Below are positions 39,914-54,114 of a stretch of DNA of 64,000 nucleotides, in pieces. Made by a program: the position numbers and the translations under genes. This DNA is from Octopus vulgaris (lineage: Eukaryota): assembly GCA_951406725.2 (NCBI GenBank), contig OX597838.1:13082001-13146000 (forward strand), written 5' to 3'. The notes under the pieces are model-generated. The model was not told the origin of the DNA and searched no databases. It saw only the letters and a program-made list of their open reading frames with translations. The first letter of the stretch is position 1, and every line of letters starts with the position of its first letter.

Positions 39914-40182
39914 CATCTATCTATCTATTTATCCATCTATCTATCTATTTATCTATCCATCTATCTATTTATCTATCCATCTATCTATCTATTTATCCAT
40001 CTATCTATCTATTTATCCATCTATCTATCTATTTATCCATCTATCTATCTATTTATCTATCCATCTATCTATCTATTTGTCCATCTATCTATTTATCTAT
40101 CCATCTATCTATTCATCTATCTATCTATCTATCTATCCATCCATCCATCCATCTATCTATCTATCTATCCATCCATCCATCC

Positions 40183-40213
<31 letters not shown>

Positions 40214-40285
40214 CATCCATCCATCCATCTACCCACCCACCCACCCACCCACCCATCCTACCTACCTACCTACCTACCTACCTAT
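39755..40285. repeat. (CTAT)n/(CCAT)n/(CCTA)n tetranucleotide array
   Basis: Directly visible. Confidence 0.95.
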
Positions 40286-41363
40286 ATACCTGGGTGGGTT
40301 ACTGGTTCCTAGAAACGTAGTCAGGCCACTTAGAATAAAACTCTCAAGGTCCTGGGTGGGAGTGCTAATATATTTTATTAAAACTTATATAATCCAACAA
40401 GGTACATCTTTGGATGAGCCAAAATATCAACATAAATTGGCTGATTTGCTTTAAGAATGTTCACCCACCATGTGACACAAGGATCTGGCTTTAATCCCTC
40501 TGTCCACTGCCAATTTTACATCCTGGTATCAGTGCTCCAGTATGGCAACAAACCCATTCAGTGGATTAGGATTAGTAAAACAGAATCATGTAAGCTGTTG
40601 CGATGGTGTATCATTTCTGTCTGTCTGTCTGTCTTTCTGCCCCCTCTCTCTCATCTACTCGTTTCTCTCTATCACTCTTTCTCACCCTCTCTCTTTCTCT
40701 CCCCTTTTCTCTTTCATGACATTTCATCCAAAATGTTAGTTTACTTTAAATTCTTGATCTTGTTCTCATATGTTGGCAAAAGGCTAATGGTACCGTCATA
40801 TTTAGTAGTTTTTTTCAAAGTCTAGTAGAAATAGTAGTTGAAAGTCTAGTAGTAGTAGTAACTGTAGAAGTTTTTTTTATTATCATTATTAAGGCTGTGA
40901 GCTAGCAAAATCATTAGCATGCTGGACGAAATGTTTAAAACAGGAAGTTTGTATCATAGAACTAAGGGTTGGTCTCAGGTATAATTGGTATTGATTAGTT
41001 AAAACAGATATGTGAAGAAATTTTTTTCAAAAAATATAACAAAATGCAGCAAAAAGTGATGGTGGGGGTGCCAATTCTAAAATTTCAGCTTTTTTGTTTT
41101 ACCTACCTCCCTCCCTACCTCCCTACCTACCTACCTACCTATATACCTGGGTGGATTACTGGTTCCTAGAAACGTAGTCAGGCCACTTAGAATAAAACTC
41201 TCAAGGTCCTGGGTGGGAGTGCTAATATATTTTATTAAAACTTATATAATCCAACAAGGTACATCTTTGGATGAGCCAAAATATCAACATAAGTTGGCTG
41301 ATTTGCTTTAAGAATGTTCACCCACCATGTGACACAAGGATCTGGCTTTAATCCTTCTGTCCA
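40265..41363 (+). repeat. Local direct duplication of ~240 bp (40265-40506 and 41122-41363)
   Basis: The two copies differ at about three positions. Confidence 0.9.
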
Positions 41364-42292
41364 GCAAAAAATTATGTTTTTGCTTTGAAGTATGGCCTTG
41401 ATAGATGGCAGTTAACTTCAGTGGCCCTCTGCCTCTTGGGTGCCTCTTCTCCTCCAAATTGTGGCCCTGTGCCTGTTAAAAACAGTGGTAGATAGTTAGA
41501 TGTTGTGGTAACTGTAGTTGTGTAACAATAAAAGGTATGGTTATATTATTGTGGTGGGGGAAAGCACCTGTACAAATAATCTCTTGGTTATATCGTCATC
41601 ATCATTGTCATCATCAACATTATCCTCATCATTATTTAACACCACTTTTTTCCATGCTGGCATGGGTGGGATGGTTTGACTGAAACTGGTGAACCAGAGA
41701 GCTGTTCTGAGCTCCAGTGTCTTCTTTGGTATGCTTCCTAAGGATTTGATGTCCTTCCTAATGCCAACCACTTTAGAGAGTGAACTGTGTGGTCTTCTTG
41801 TGGCACTAGCACAAAGAGGTCGCCAAGTACTCACAAGTCAAGCTGTTCAAGCCATACCAAAGTAGACCGTGGAGTTTAGTGCAATCTTGTGGTTCATCAG
41901 TTCTGGTCAAATGTCCAGCCCATGCCAGCATAAAAGAAAAAAGACATTGAAGGATGATGATGATATATATGTATGCACACACATGCACACACACACACAT
42001 ACCATTTTTTGATATTTTGTCAATTAAACACATACACTATATACTTGGCCTTTGCTTCAGTATTATTATTATTAGTTTCTTTGTCAAAGCTCTTTCGTCA
42101 CGACCTATGACCTCGTCAGTGACTCTCTATCCCATGCCACTCTCGTTCTGCTTATTCCAATGGAATAAAGGGCTTAGTCAAAGACACTAAAATAATACTA
42201 ATAATAATAATATAATAATAATAATAATAATAAAGCTGAAGTGAAGACCAAATATATAGTGCAAGTGTTTAATTGGCAATCTATATATATAT

Positions 42293-42520
42293 ATATGCTT
42301 TATTTAAAGCAGCAGAAAATTCCACAAAACCTGTCACTCTGAGTTTCGCGTTGCCGTTCGTCGGACAGTTTTTGCTAAACTGTCCGACGAACGGCAACGC
42401 AAAACTCAGAGTAACAGGTTTTGTGGAATTTTCTGCTGCTTTAAATAAAGCATATTACTCTACCACTGGTATTTGAGTACTCTTTTTTCCACCTTGTTTC
42501 ACATTTATGTGTTTACTCCA

Positions 42521-42521
<1 letters not shown>
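42293..42521 (+). mobile_element. Young fold-back element (79-bp arms, 5-nt loop, tail) in (TA)n with a variant hammerhead
   Basis: Arms 42293-42371 and 42377-42455 differ at two positions. Consensus reads ctgt-CCGACGA-acggcaacgc-GAAAC-tcaga-GTA-acag. Confidence 0.78.
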
Positions 42522-42555
<34 letters not shown>

Positions 42556-45500
42556 CAAATATTTGTCCATTGGGTAGCTTGCTTTCTAACAACAAAAGCT
42601 ACAATATTAGCGCTTGCCGCCCATGGTATCACTTGCTTGCCAACTGCAGGATTTGTGCAGCTTTAAGTTATGTTTGCTCTGCTAGATGCTATATAAAATT
42701 TTATTTCATTTTATTTTGTATTTCTGTCTTTTTTTTTTTTTTTTTAAAAAGAAGGTGAAAATATATTATTGTTTTGAAATCTTTTTTATTAATTTTATTG
42801 TTAGTGATGTTGCTGTTTTTCTTCATTCTTCAGGTTTTTTTGGGGGGTTTTTAAAAATTAAAAAAAAAAAAAAAACTGAAATGCTTTAAAATCCGAATTA
42901 TTTCTCGTCAGAACAAAGTATTTGAAGTGGGTTGGTTTGAGATTGGAATTGGAAGTTGGGGGTGGGGTGGAAGACTAAGTATGAGAGTATAAGGAGTAAG
43001 TATGAGAGGGTAGGGGTAAAATGTGAAGAGGAAGTAGGGGAGTGTGTAGAAGAGAGAGTGAGAGGAGAGTCTGAGGATTGAGTATAAGAGAAAGTGCGAG
43101 GGGAAATATGTGAGGAGTAGAAAGAGGAGCAAGTGAGGTAGCGTGTGTGTGTGTGTGAGAGAGAGAGATAGAGAGAATGTAAAAGAGCAAAAAAGAAGGG
43201 AGAATTATTATTTTTTTTACTTATTTTTTTAGTTTAAGATCTTAATCTCTTCCCTTTCACCTTCCACAATGGTAACTTTTAACAGATTTGAAATATGCTA
43301 TCAACCCACCTCCTTCCTTCCATGTTAACATAGAAGGAAAGATTCTCTACAACATTCACACACTTTGTCACATTCCTCCATTTCACAATCTCACATTAAA
43401 TCACAGATATTCCATTTTCCTATTTCACCAGACCCAGCAGCTCCCAAACTTATTTCAGCAAGGAACCCATCATACGATTTTCCAAAACTTGCAGAACCCA
43501 TACTGATTTACAAACAATCTCTCGTGCCCTAATTTTGGTTTGAAATTTTGGCACAACACCAACAATTTTGGGTGAGGGTTCTAGTCAATTACATTGACCA
43601 CTGTGCTCAACTGATGCTTATTGTATCAACCCCAAGAGGATGAAAGGCAAAGTCAATCTTGGCAGAATTTGAACTCAGAGCATGAAGATGGATGAAATGC
43701 CTTTAAGCACTTTGTCCAGTGTACAAATGATTCTGTAAGCTTGTCTTCACTAGCACCCTAATTTTTATTAAGAAGACATGGAATGACATAAAAACCGTTT
43801 TAGAGGGTGAATTTAGTTAAATATTAAAAAAATATTTAAACATACACCAAGAGTAATTTTAAAATGGTGAAGCTATGAACAGCACCTCTTCTCCGCTTTG
43901 TCTATGGAGCCTGCTTCAGAACGACAATACTATCTCATGCTCTTGATGCACTAATACCATCTATTCATTTTACAAACATATGTCTTTGGCGTTAGGAAGG
44001 GCATCCAGCTGTAGTAACACTGCCAGATCTGACTGGGCCTGGTGCAGCCTTCGGGCTTCCCAGACCCCAGTTGAACCGTCCAACCCATGCTAGCATGGAA
44101 AACGGACGTTAAATGATGATGATGTCTGCCCATCAGTGATGAGGGCTATTTTTAATCATCCTTAAGGATGACTGATGACTTGCAGTGGCTTCGAGATTTC
44201 GATGATGTGATTGTTTTTTTTGTTTTTTTTTAGAATGACATTGTGACAGGCCAGGCCTGTCCAGTTTGAACATAAAGTATTTGGGCCAGATGTGGCCAGT
44301 TTAAATCCTAGCAGGTTAAAGTAAAGAAGAGTTGTGCACTGACAGCCTCACTGTTTTGTTCATGCCTGTCTTCAATCCATTGGCAAGGCTACATTAAAAC
44401 AAGGATTAAGACAGATGCAGGAATGACCAAGATGTCTTACTTGCTTCATTTTGCTTTCTGTACTTTACAATGCATTACTGCAGCCACTTACCATTCCTTT
44501 GAACCATCAAGGTTTCTTCTACAGGATCCATTGGATCCAGTTCCCACAAACCCCAATATTCTAATTAATCCATAGGTGGGACCATGGCAAGTGCTACCCA
44601 GGTCAGAGTAGATCTGGGAACAACAGTGGCTAAAATGTGGTTCTACACTCCTCAAACTTTGGAACTGCTTAATCAGAGCCCCTCAACACGATGTCGCTTA
44701 AAGTCATAACCATCCACACACAAAATCTTCATAAACAGGTTTTTTCTTATAAAATAAATTTTATGTGGAACCCCAGAATTTTTTCAGACCTTACTTTGAG
44801 AATTCTTGGATTAGATTATTGTGTGTGTGTGCGTGAGTGTGTGAGAGAGAGAGAGGAGAGGAGAGGGTGTGAGAGGCATGGTACATGGGGTGGGTGTCAT
44901 TCAGAAGTAAGTTCTATAGACTTGGGGCTGGATGCAAGGCAACAATCCATAGTTTTGGATGGCCTCACCAAATTCTTGTGGCTTCACAATTCAGTGGTTA
45001 TCCCCCTGGGAAGTGATGACCACAACACCTTGTCTCACTTCACAGGTTTACTTGTGGGATGAGACAGGATGTTGTTTGTTGACCAGTCTTGTAGCAGCCA
45101 TTGGTCATTTTGTTTCTTTTATCTAATAATTTCTGGTTATTTCTTCTCAGGAGTAAGTTGAGCTATCATCTAAAACTTCTGGTGGTCACATTTGAAGATG
45201 AAAGCTTTTTTAAAGTGCTTTGGATGCTGGTCTTGTTACTTCTAAATGGTCCCTTGTGAAGAAAAAGTTGTCTTTAGCTGGCCAATTGTGAGAGAACAGT
45301 TACAGTATCTGACGGTCATTTTAAATAAAGATATTGTTCAGCTGTTGGTCTTGTTACTTCTAAATGGATAGTGGATTAGGGACATTATCCATCTGATAAT
45401 CATTTATGAAGTGTGAGTCAAGGATTCTAATGGTCTGTTGTAAAGGAAATGTCATTTTCTGATGGTCACTTACCCATGGGATGTAATGGTTTTTGATGGT

Positions 45501-45997
45501 CACTTGTAACAAGTTGTAATTCTTCAGTAAACACTTGAACCAGGCCTTTTTTCTAATGAATAAGTTTCTAGTTTTCCTCTCATGAATTTTGGAGACTCTG
45601 GGAAAGGTCTTGGTTACTGTTCTTCCTCATCTGAGTCAACCATTAAAAGCAAACAAGATAAAACAAAACAAAAACTAATAAATTAATTAACAAATATCGT
45701 TATGTGGTTTAAGAACTTTGTTTTGCAACCATATGGTCTCAGGTTTAAACCCATTGTGTGACACCTTGGGCAAGGGTCTTCAATAGGTGAATGTCTTGTG
45801 AGTGAAATTGGCAGACAGAAATTGCATGGAAACCCATTGTGTATGTGTGTGTTTGTGCTTGTATGTATGTGTATAAATGTATGTATACATACATGTACAT
45901 ATGTGTGTGTGTATATATATATCTATATTTATTTACATGTATATACACACATATACAAGTATATGTGTGCATGTGCTTATATATATATATATATATA

Positions 45998-46305
45998 AAA
46001 TTAGAGATAAAACCACTATTAGGCAAATCAAACAGTGAAAAACATAAACCAAAACATAGAAATAAAATTAATTAATATAATATACAAAATATATAAAATA
46101 TAAAATTCAAAATTTAAATTATTATATTATTATTATTATTATATTAATTAATTTTATTTCTATGTATTGGTTTATGTTTTTCACTGTTTGATTTGCCTAA
46201 TAGTGGTTTTATCTCTAATTTAATATATAAATATATATATATTTATACTGTAAAATTGGATTTAATCCTAAATCTAATTTTTCCCTCTAAGTTTGGATTT
46301 ACTCC

Positions 46306-46310
<5 letters not shown>
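45998..46310 (+). mobile_element. AT-rich fold-back element plus tail in (TA)n
   Basis: ~45998-46082 pairs with ~46137-46221, followed by a tail and (TA)n. Confidence 0.62.
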
Positions 46311-46365
<55 letters not shown>

Positions 46366-48717
46366 AGTATGCATGTCTGTGTGTGTCTGTCTGTCTTTGT
46401 TTGACACTGCTTGAAGAACAAAAAAAAAAAACAGTGTCCATGTTTATTCACTATAACTTAGAGATGTAATAAATGTAAATTGCTAAAATAAGTACCAAAG
46501 TTGCAAAACAAGAACACGAATACTGGGATTGACGTAAATGACTAAAACCCTTCAAGACATTGCTCCAGTATGGCAGCGACCAAGAGACTAGAACAAGTCC
46601 CACGACTTAAAGGAATCCTTATCTTGTCATGGTATAAGCGGTTAATTCATTTAAACTGCGATCTTGTCACTGACATTTGTGATATTCTTCGAGCCCAGTC
46701 TCTAAATAAAGTACGTTCTAAATAAAGTATATTCTGAGAGGAAGGGAGGAAGGAAAGAAGGAAGGAAGGAAGGGGTAGAAGGGGGTAAAAGTATGCATTT
46801 TCTCTCAGTAACCAGTATTTCTGTTATTCAAGAACTGTTGATTGTCTTTGATGCTGTTAGTTGCTGGAATATGCGGCATATTGTAGTTATATTGGAATCT
46901 GTATATAGTTTCATATTTATACTTGTTTGAGTAGTAGTATGTAGTGGTGTTGTCGTATATGTAGCAGTATATGACAGTGTTGTAGTTATTTTAGTAATAT
47001 AAGGTGGTGAGATTGTATTGGTTGTAGTATATAGTGGTATCTAGTGTATATACTGCTATATAGTAGTGGTTTGGTTGTATTGATAGTAGTGTTTAGTGGT
47101 GTACAGTATATATTCTATTATATACTAGCAGAATATAGGCGCAGGAGTGGCTGTGTGGTAAGTAGCTTGCTTACCAACCACATGGTTCCAGGTTCAATTC
47201 CACTGTGTGGCATCTTGGGCAAGTGTCTTCCACTATAGTCTCGGGCCGACCAAAGCCTTGTGAGTGTTTACGTCGCCGTCACTTAGCGGTTCGGCAAAAG
47301 AGACCGATAGAATAAGTACTGGGCTTACAAAGAATAAGTCCCGGGGTTGATTTGCTCGACTAAAGGTGGTGCTCCAGCATGGCCGCAGTCAAATGACTGA
47401 AACAAGTAAAAGAGTAAAGAGAGTGTATCATCATTTCATCTCACCTCAGTTATGCTGCTTCCCCAGATTCCTATGACTCTCCGTCGCTACCCAATCCACT
47501 ATTCCTGAGAGGGTCATGGGGATAGAGTCCTCAGGCTTGAGTCATAGTGAGTCTCTCATTAGCTGATTACACAACCATGGACGTTGTCCCTATGGATGCA
47601 TGGCCGTTGCTCCCTTGATAGAGCTTGGTGATCCTGTCTGTTGATCTTCTAGGATTCCTCTGCCCAGCGTCAACACAAGAATCACTGTTGGCTCATTTGG
47701 GCTCCTCTGCTCCCTCTTCACAATTTGCCATGCTGCACTCCCATGACTTCGCTGTATCCCTGGCAGGGTGGCTGAGTGGGTGCTATGTCTTGCCAAAAGG
47801 GTGGCCTGTAACTATGCAGGACACTGTTGTTACACAGCCACACACACACACACACACACACACAAATCATGCACCCATTAACCATACCCTACTCCCTCTT
47901 ATGCCCTTCAGTATAGAACCTTCAGGGGACAAATAGGATAGGAGATTCATTCTCCTGTTACATGGTGGTAGTGGTAGTGGTTGTAGTAGTGGTAGTAGTT
48001 ATGATTGAGGTGCTTGTAATAGTGGTAGAAAAAAATGCCCAGATTTTTTCCCCCTTTTTTTTTCCCCCTCTCCTTTGCACATAGGGTATTTATATCGAAG
48101 TTTCTCCCTATGAACAATAAGCAGAGTGGTGGGGCACAGAGGGGGGGGGGTAGAGAATCCCCTTTCTTCCCCTGCCCCCTTTATCCTCCCTGGTCCCTAC
48201 CGAAAAAAACTACTTAACTGCATTATTGTTTCAAGTGAATACCAAGGGCTGCTTTTTTTTTACTCAAAAAAAATCAAGGAATACCGATTTAGCTGACATT
48301 CAAACCTAAGTGAGCAACTAAGCCAAACATCGGTTGTCTTTTGGTCTTTCAATCTTTTCAACGCAAAGACTTGAGTGATGAAAGCTTTACCTGTAACTCC
48401 CACCTTTCTGTGCGCACGCACATAGTATATAGACTTCTTAATGAAACAAGATAGGGGTTTGTACCATACTCCTGTTGATGCTGCCGCCATTAGTGGTGGT
48501 GGTGATGAGGGTTCCAACCTCACTATAATCTTCCCAGCTGTTCTTCGTAAATGCTTTTAGCAGTTTGATTGTTGTTGTTCTTGTTTTTACCATTATTATT
48601 ATTATTATTATCATTATTTATTGTGTAGACATTGGACACCAGTGAGGTAGTTCCTAAACTGTTAGCTATTTCTGTTGAATATGTGAGAGAGAGTGTGTGT
48701 GTGTGTGGCTGTGTTTG

Positions 48718-48777
<60 letters not shown>

Positions 48778-51084
48778 TAAATATACACACATACACTCTT
48801 TTATTCTTATTAGTTTTAGTCACTCGATTACAACTATGCTAAGGTACCATGTTCAAGGGTTTAGTGTGGTACAGGATGTTCATCGCTTCCACACAGTTTC
48901 TGTTTACCAATTGCCACTCATAAGGTAATATTCAACCTGAGACTTTAGTAGGAGACACTTGCTGAAGGGTACTGTGCACTAGTATTGAGATGTGAGCCAG
49001 TTGCTGCAGCAGAAATGTATGTTGGTCATTGTTATTTATGCTGTAGGAAACTTTTCAAGAAAGGCTTTGGATGTGAATAAATCTCGGCTGTGTGGTAAGT
49101 AGCTTGCTTGCCAACCACATGGTTCCGGGTTCAGTCCCACTGCGTGGCACTTTGGGCAGGTGTCTTCTACTATAGCCTTGGGCCAACAAAGCCTTTCTGA
49201 GTGGATTTGGTAAATGGAAACTGAAAGAAGCCTGTCGTGTATATGTATATCTATATATATGTGTGTGTCTGTGTTTGTCCTCCCAACATTGCTTGACAAC
49301 CGATGCTGGTGTGTTTACGTCGCCGTAACTTAGCAGTTCGGCAAAAGAGACCGATAGAATAAGTACTAGGCTTTACAAAGAATAAGTTCTGGGGGTTGAT
49401 TTGCTTGACTAAAAGGCAGTGCTCCAGTATGGCTGCAGTCAAATGACTGAAACAAGTAAAAGAGTAAAGAGTATATATGTATGTGTGTGTACACACATAC
49501 TCACTTACTCACCCACACTCATATATATGTACAGATATGCATACATATGCATATTTATCTGAAGAGACATGTATCAACATATCTATGCATATATACACAC
49601 ACACAAATACATATCGATCAGCAGAAGTTACAAACATAAGTGTGTTGGTACTTATCAAGTTTGATAAATGTTAATGCATGAAACTCTCAGCCTCTGAGTC
49701 ACTCTGTAACTTCTGTTCTCCTCTTGGTTTCACCCAAGCCTATATTTATGTATTATATAATACACACACTCACACATACATGTTAATGCTTAGTTTTATT
49801 ATATTATCATCTATATTATATTATTATATATTATATATATGTGGGCGTACGCTTATTTTTAAATGGTGGTGCCCCAGCATGGCCACAGCTCATGAGCTGA
49901 AACTGGAAAAATCAAAATCATATTATATATTATTCTCTCTCTTTTTCTCTTTTACTTGTTTCAGTCATTTGACTGCGGCCATGCTGGAGCACTGCCTTTA
50001 GTCGAGCAAATCGACCCTGGGACTTATTCTTTGTAAGCCCAGTACTTATTCTATTGGTCTCTTTTGCCGAACCGCTAAGTGACGGGGACGTAAACACACC
50101 AGCATCGGTTGTCAAGCAATGCTAGGGGGACAAACATAGACACACAAACACATACACACACACTTATATATATATATATATATACATATATACGACAGAC
50201 TTCTTTCAGTTTCCATCTACCAAATCCACTCACAAGGCATTGGTCGGCCCGGGGCTATAGCAGAAGACACTTGCCCAAGATGCCACGCAGTGGGACTGAA
50301 CCTGGAACCGTGTGGTTGGTAAGCAAGCTACCTACCACACAGCCATTCCTGTATATTATTAAATTATATTATATTAGTTTTATTATATTATATAATACAC
50401 ACACTCGCACATACATGTTAATGCTTAGCTTTGTTTTCTCCCCTCCCGGCTGTAAAATATTCCAAATATTCTTCAGTTTCTTCCTTGTAATTCTGGAAGA
50501 AGAATGGCAAAAATAAATAAAATAAAATAAATAATAAAAGACAACAAACAGCATCCTCCCTTCCTATTCTCTCCTTCCTTCCTCTTAGCATGTCTGTAAA
50601 AAAAAAGAGGGGGGAAAGAGCATTGTTTGATAGCTAAAATATTGCCTGTGTTGAAAATGTTTCACTCTTGCCTTTGTTGATATCTAATATGAAGAGGAGT
50701 GAAAAAGCAGAACTGCAGCACCAACACTTACCACTATTACTGCTACAAAGATATTATCCGTATCTCTTATCTTGTTTTAGTCATTGCACTGTGGCCATGC
50801 TGGAGCACTACCTTGAAGGGTTTAGTCGAACAAATCAACCCCGGTACTTTTGTTTTTTTAGTCCGATATTCTATCGATTTCTTTTCCCTGGACATAAACA
50901 AACCAACACCAGTTGTCAAATGGTGGTGGTGGTGGGGACAAACACAAAGACACACACACACACAGATTTTATATATATATATATATATAGTTAATCCAAA
51001 CAAGAAAGCACAAAAAAACACAACGCGAGGACATGGAACAAATATAGTATTATTGGATGCTCAGGAAAGAAGGAAAGAAAGAGG

Positions 51085-51119
51085 GTTTAACGTTTCGAGC
51101 GGAGCTCTTCATCAGAAAC
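51085..51119 (-). ncRNA. Minimal (35 nt) type-I hammerhead with palindromic stem III
   Basis: Minus strand reads GTTT-CTGATGA-A-GAGC(TCC)GCTC-GAAACGTT-AAAC. It lies within a ~210-bp repeat (50990-51197) inserted in (TA)n. Confidence 0.78.
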
Positions 51120-52691
51120 ATAGGAGAAGGAAAGATCCAGAGAAGGGAAGACAGAGGGAAAAAAAATCGCCAACAGTACACACGAGGTCACATTTTGATA
51201 TATATATCAAGGATAAAATCTTTATAAAATTTTTCAAGTAGCCAGCATGTAATAAAACCATACAGGTAACAATTAATACAAATATATAATTATATAAATA
51301 TAATTATAATAAGGGCACTAATGAATAGTGTCACATGCTAGAAGTAGGACATTAAATGGCTTTAAGAACTACATTATTTACTTCCATTAGCATGGGTTGA
51401 AAGGGAAGAAAGTGAACAAAGAAGATTTTTAAAATAGGCGAGGCTGGCAACGGCCACAATCGGATGGTGCACGTAAAAAGCACCATCCAGTCGTGGCTGT
51501 TGCCAGCCTCGCCTGGCCCCCGTGCTGGTGGCATGTAAAAAGCACCATCCGATTGTGGCCGTTTGCCAGCCCCGTCTGGCACCTGTGCGGGTGGCACGTA
51601 AAAAGCACCCACTACACTCACGGAGTGGTTGGCGTTAGGAAGGGCATCCAGCTGTAGAAATACTGCCAGATCAGACTGGAGCCTGGTGCAGCCTCCTGGC
51701 TTCCCAGACCCCAGTTGAACCGTCCAACCCATGCTAGCATGGAAAGCGGACGCTAAACGATGATGATGATGATGATGATGATGTTTAATCATTGATAGAT
51801 TTTTAGTTTAGAGATCCTCTTTCCGATGAAGTGCTATGCTCGGAATTTTAAAAAGTCAACAATTTTTTCCACCATTACTGAGTGTCAGGCTAATACATTC
51901 CATATGTATGTTGTTTTGTTATTTGTTATTTTTAATGTTTGATTTGACATATATATATATATATATAGATACACACTTACATATGTAAGTGTTGAATGAT
52001 GGGAATGAGTGCTTAACACTTCATTGGTGGATAAAGTTTCTTTATTTGTTTTTTAAAGTTACCATTGGTTTCATGTAAAAAAAATATCTTAATTTTTCAA
52101 GCCGATCACATGGAGGAATGGTGTTTCACCCAAATTGGAGACAAATACCATTCCTCCACGTGATTGGCTTGGAAAATTAAGACATTAAGATATTTTTCTT
52201 TACATGAAACCAACGGTATCCTTAATACACAAATACAGAATATGTATATACGATGAGCTTCTACACAGTTTCCGTCTATCAAATTCACTTGCAAGGTATT
52301 GGTCATCCCAGGGCTATAGTAGAAGACACTTACTCAAGGTATCACACGGTGGAACTGAACTCAAGACCATATGGTTGCAAAGCAAGCTTCTTACCCACAC
52401 AGCCATACCTATAACTATTGCAAGCATTCTGCTGGAAGCCCTTCCCCTATCTAACATTGTTATTGCATATTCTCTGTAGTGACCTTCACTTTAAAAGTTC
52501 TTCTCTCATAATGTTGATCCATGTAGTGTTTCTTTATCAACATTTTAGTGTCTTACTGTTGTTCCAGCCATGACCATCACATCTGTTTTCTGTCATATAG
52601 CATTTCGCTGTTATTTCTCACAAATAAGAGAGATCATGTTGTGCTCTCATAAGTTTCTCTCTCTCTCTCTCTCTCTCTCTCTATTATAATA

Positions 52692-52724
<33 letters not shown>

Positions 52725-53417
52725 GGAGTCTAGGACAATCCCCCCCCCATCCATGGACAATCATCTGAGCACAACAGATGATGATTTAAAACTTCTTAAT
52801 ATATTGGAGAGGGAGTAATTAACCAAGGGTGGTAGTTGTCGTTGGGGGAAATTGTCCTATACTGTTGCCTATTGGAATTATTTTCTGATGCTGTTTGACA
52901 TTTGAAAGCCTTAAAGTGTCAAAATCACATTGATATGTGATTGGCTGCTGATGAGGGAAGTTCTGAAGTTATGTTTAACATGTTTTCATTCCTATTAATG
53001 TGTCTGTTGGTTGTCAATGTCCTGTTCGGTTTATTTTGCTTACTCAGAACAAGGTCCTTAGTTTGTTTTATTGTTCCTTGGTTGAGTATTTATGAAGGAT
53101 AATGGTAAATTTTATCCATGGATAATAGTGTAACATGAAATTTTGATGGAAGGTTTTGATCTATATCACTTTAAGACAAGAAATTGATATCGTAGAACTA
53201 GGGTGATCTTGGGTGAGTTCATATCACAAGGGTTAATCAGTGTGGTCAGGGATGTGACGATATGTGATGGAGCACTATCATGACTAATGGGTTGGCATTA
53301 AAATGTCTAAGATATCTTCAGTTTTCTGTATTGGAGGAACTGAGAAAATTTGTCCTTTTTTTTTGCGCATGTGTGTTTTCATTATAATGTATTATTTAAT
53401 TGCCTTCAAGGTGCATT

Positions 53418-53813
53418 CTTCTCTCTTCTCTCTCTCTCTCTCATAGTTTTCCCTCTTCTCTCTCTCCTTTGCATTCTCCTCTCATCTCTCTCTCTCTTTC
53501 ATATTCTCTCTTACCTCTCTCTTGCACCCTCCCCTCTTATCTCTCTTTCATTTTCTTCCTTCTTCTCTCTCTCTCTCTCTCTCACTCACACACACACACA
53601 CACACACAGACACACACGTTCTCCCCTCTTACCACTGTATCTTTTCATTCACCCCTTTCAGTATCTCTCTCTCACTCTCATACTGCATGTCTGTCTGTCT
53701 GTCTCTCTCTCAATCTCATACTATCTCTTACACTGTCTGTTTGTCTTAATCTCATACAATCTGTATGTCTGCTTTTCTCACTCTCTCTCTCTCTCTCTCA
53801 CTCTCTCTCAAAT

Positions 53814-53856
<43 letters not shown>

Positions 53857-53991
53857 CTCTCTCTCCCCTCATACTGTCTGTCTTCTCTCTCTCTCTCTCT
53901 TGTCCTGTCTGTCTCTTATTCTCTCTCTCTCTCTCTCAAACTCTCTCTCCTCTCATACTGTCTGTCTTTCTTGTGTTCTCTCTCTCTTGTC

Positions 53992-54027
<36 letters not shown>

Positions 54028-54060
54028 TCCACTCTTTCATATACTCTCTCTCTATCTACA
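53418..54060. repeat. (CT)n-rich polypyrimidine tract upstream of cassette exon C
   Basis: Directly visible. Similar tracts at 3400-3965, 28575-28940 and 61040-61320. Confidence 0.9.
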
Positions 54061-54114
54061 CATTCTCAATTTGTATCCTCCATATATACATGTTCATATT
54101 TTTGTATTCATCAG

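Noticed and set aside
48441-48546. Short ATG-initiated frame (MKQDRGLYHTP...) as an alternative first exon
   Set aside because: The candidate donor is weak and phase 1, which is incompatible with the downstream phase-2 acceptor, and no homology is recognisable.
52948-53010. CTGATGA followed by a stem
   Set aside because: There is no GAAA or cleavage triplet; at most a very decayed remnant.
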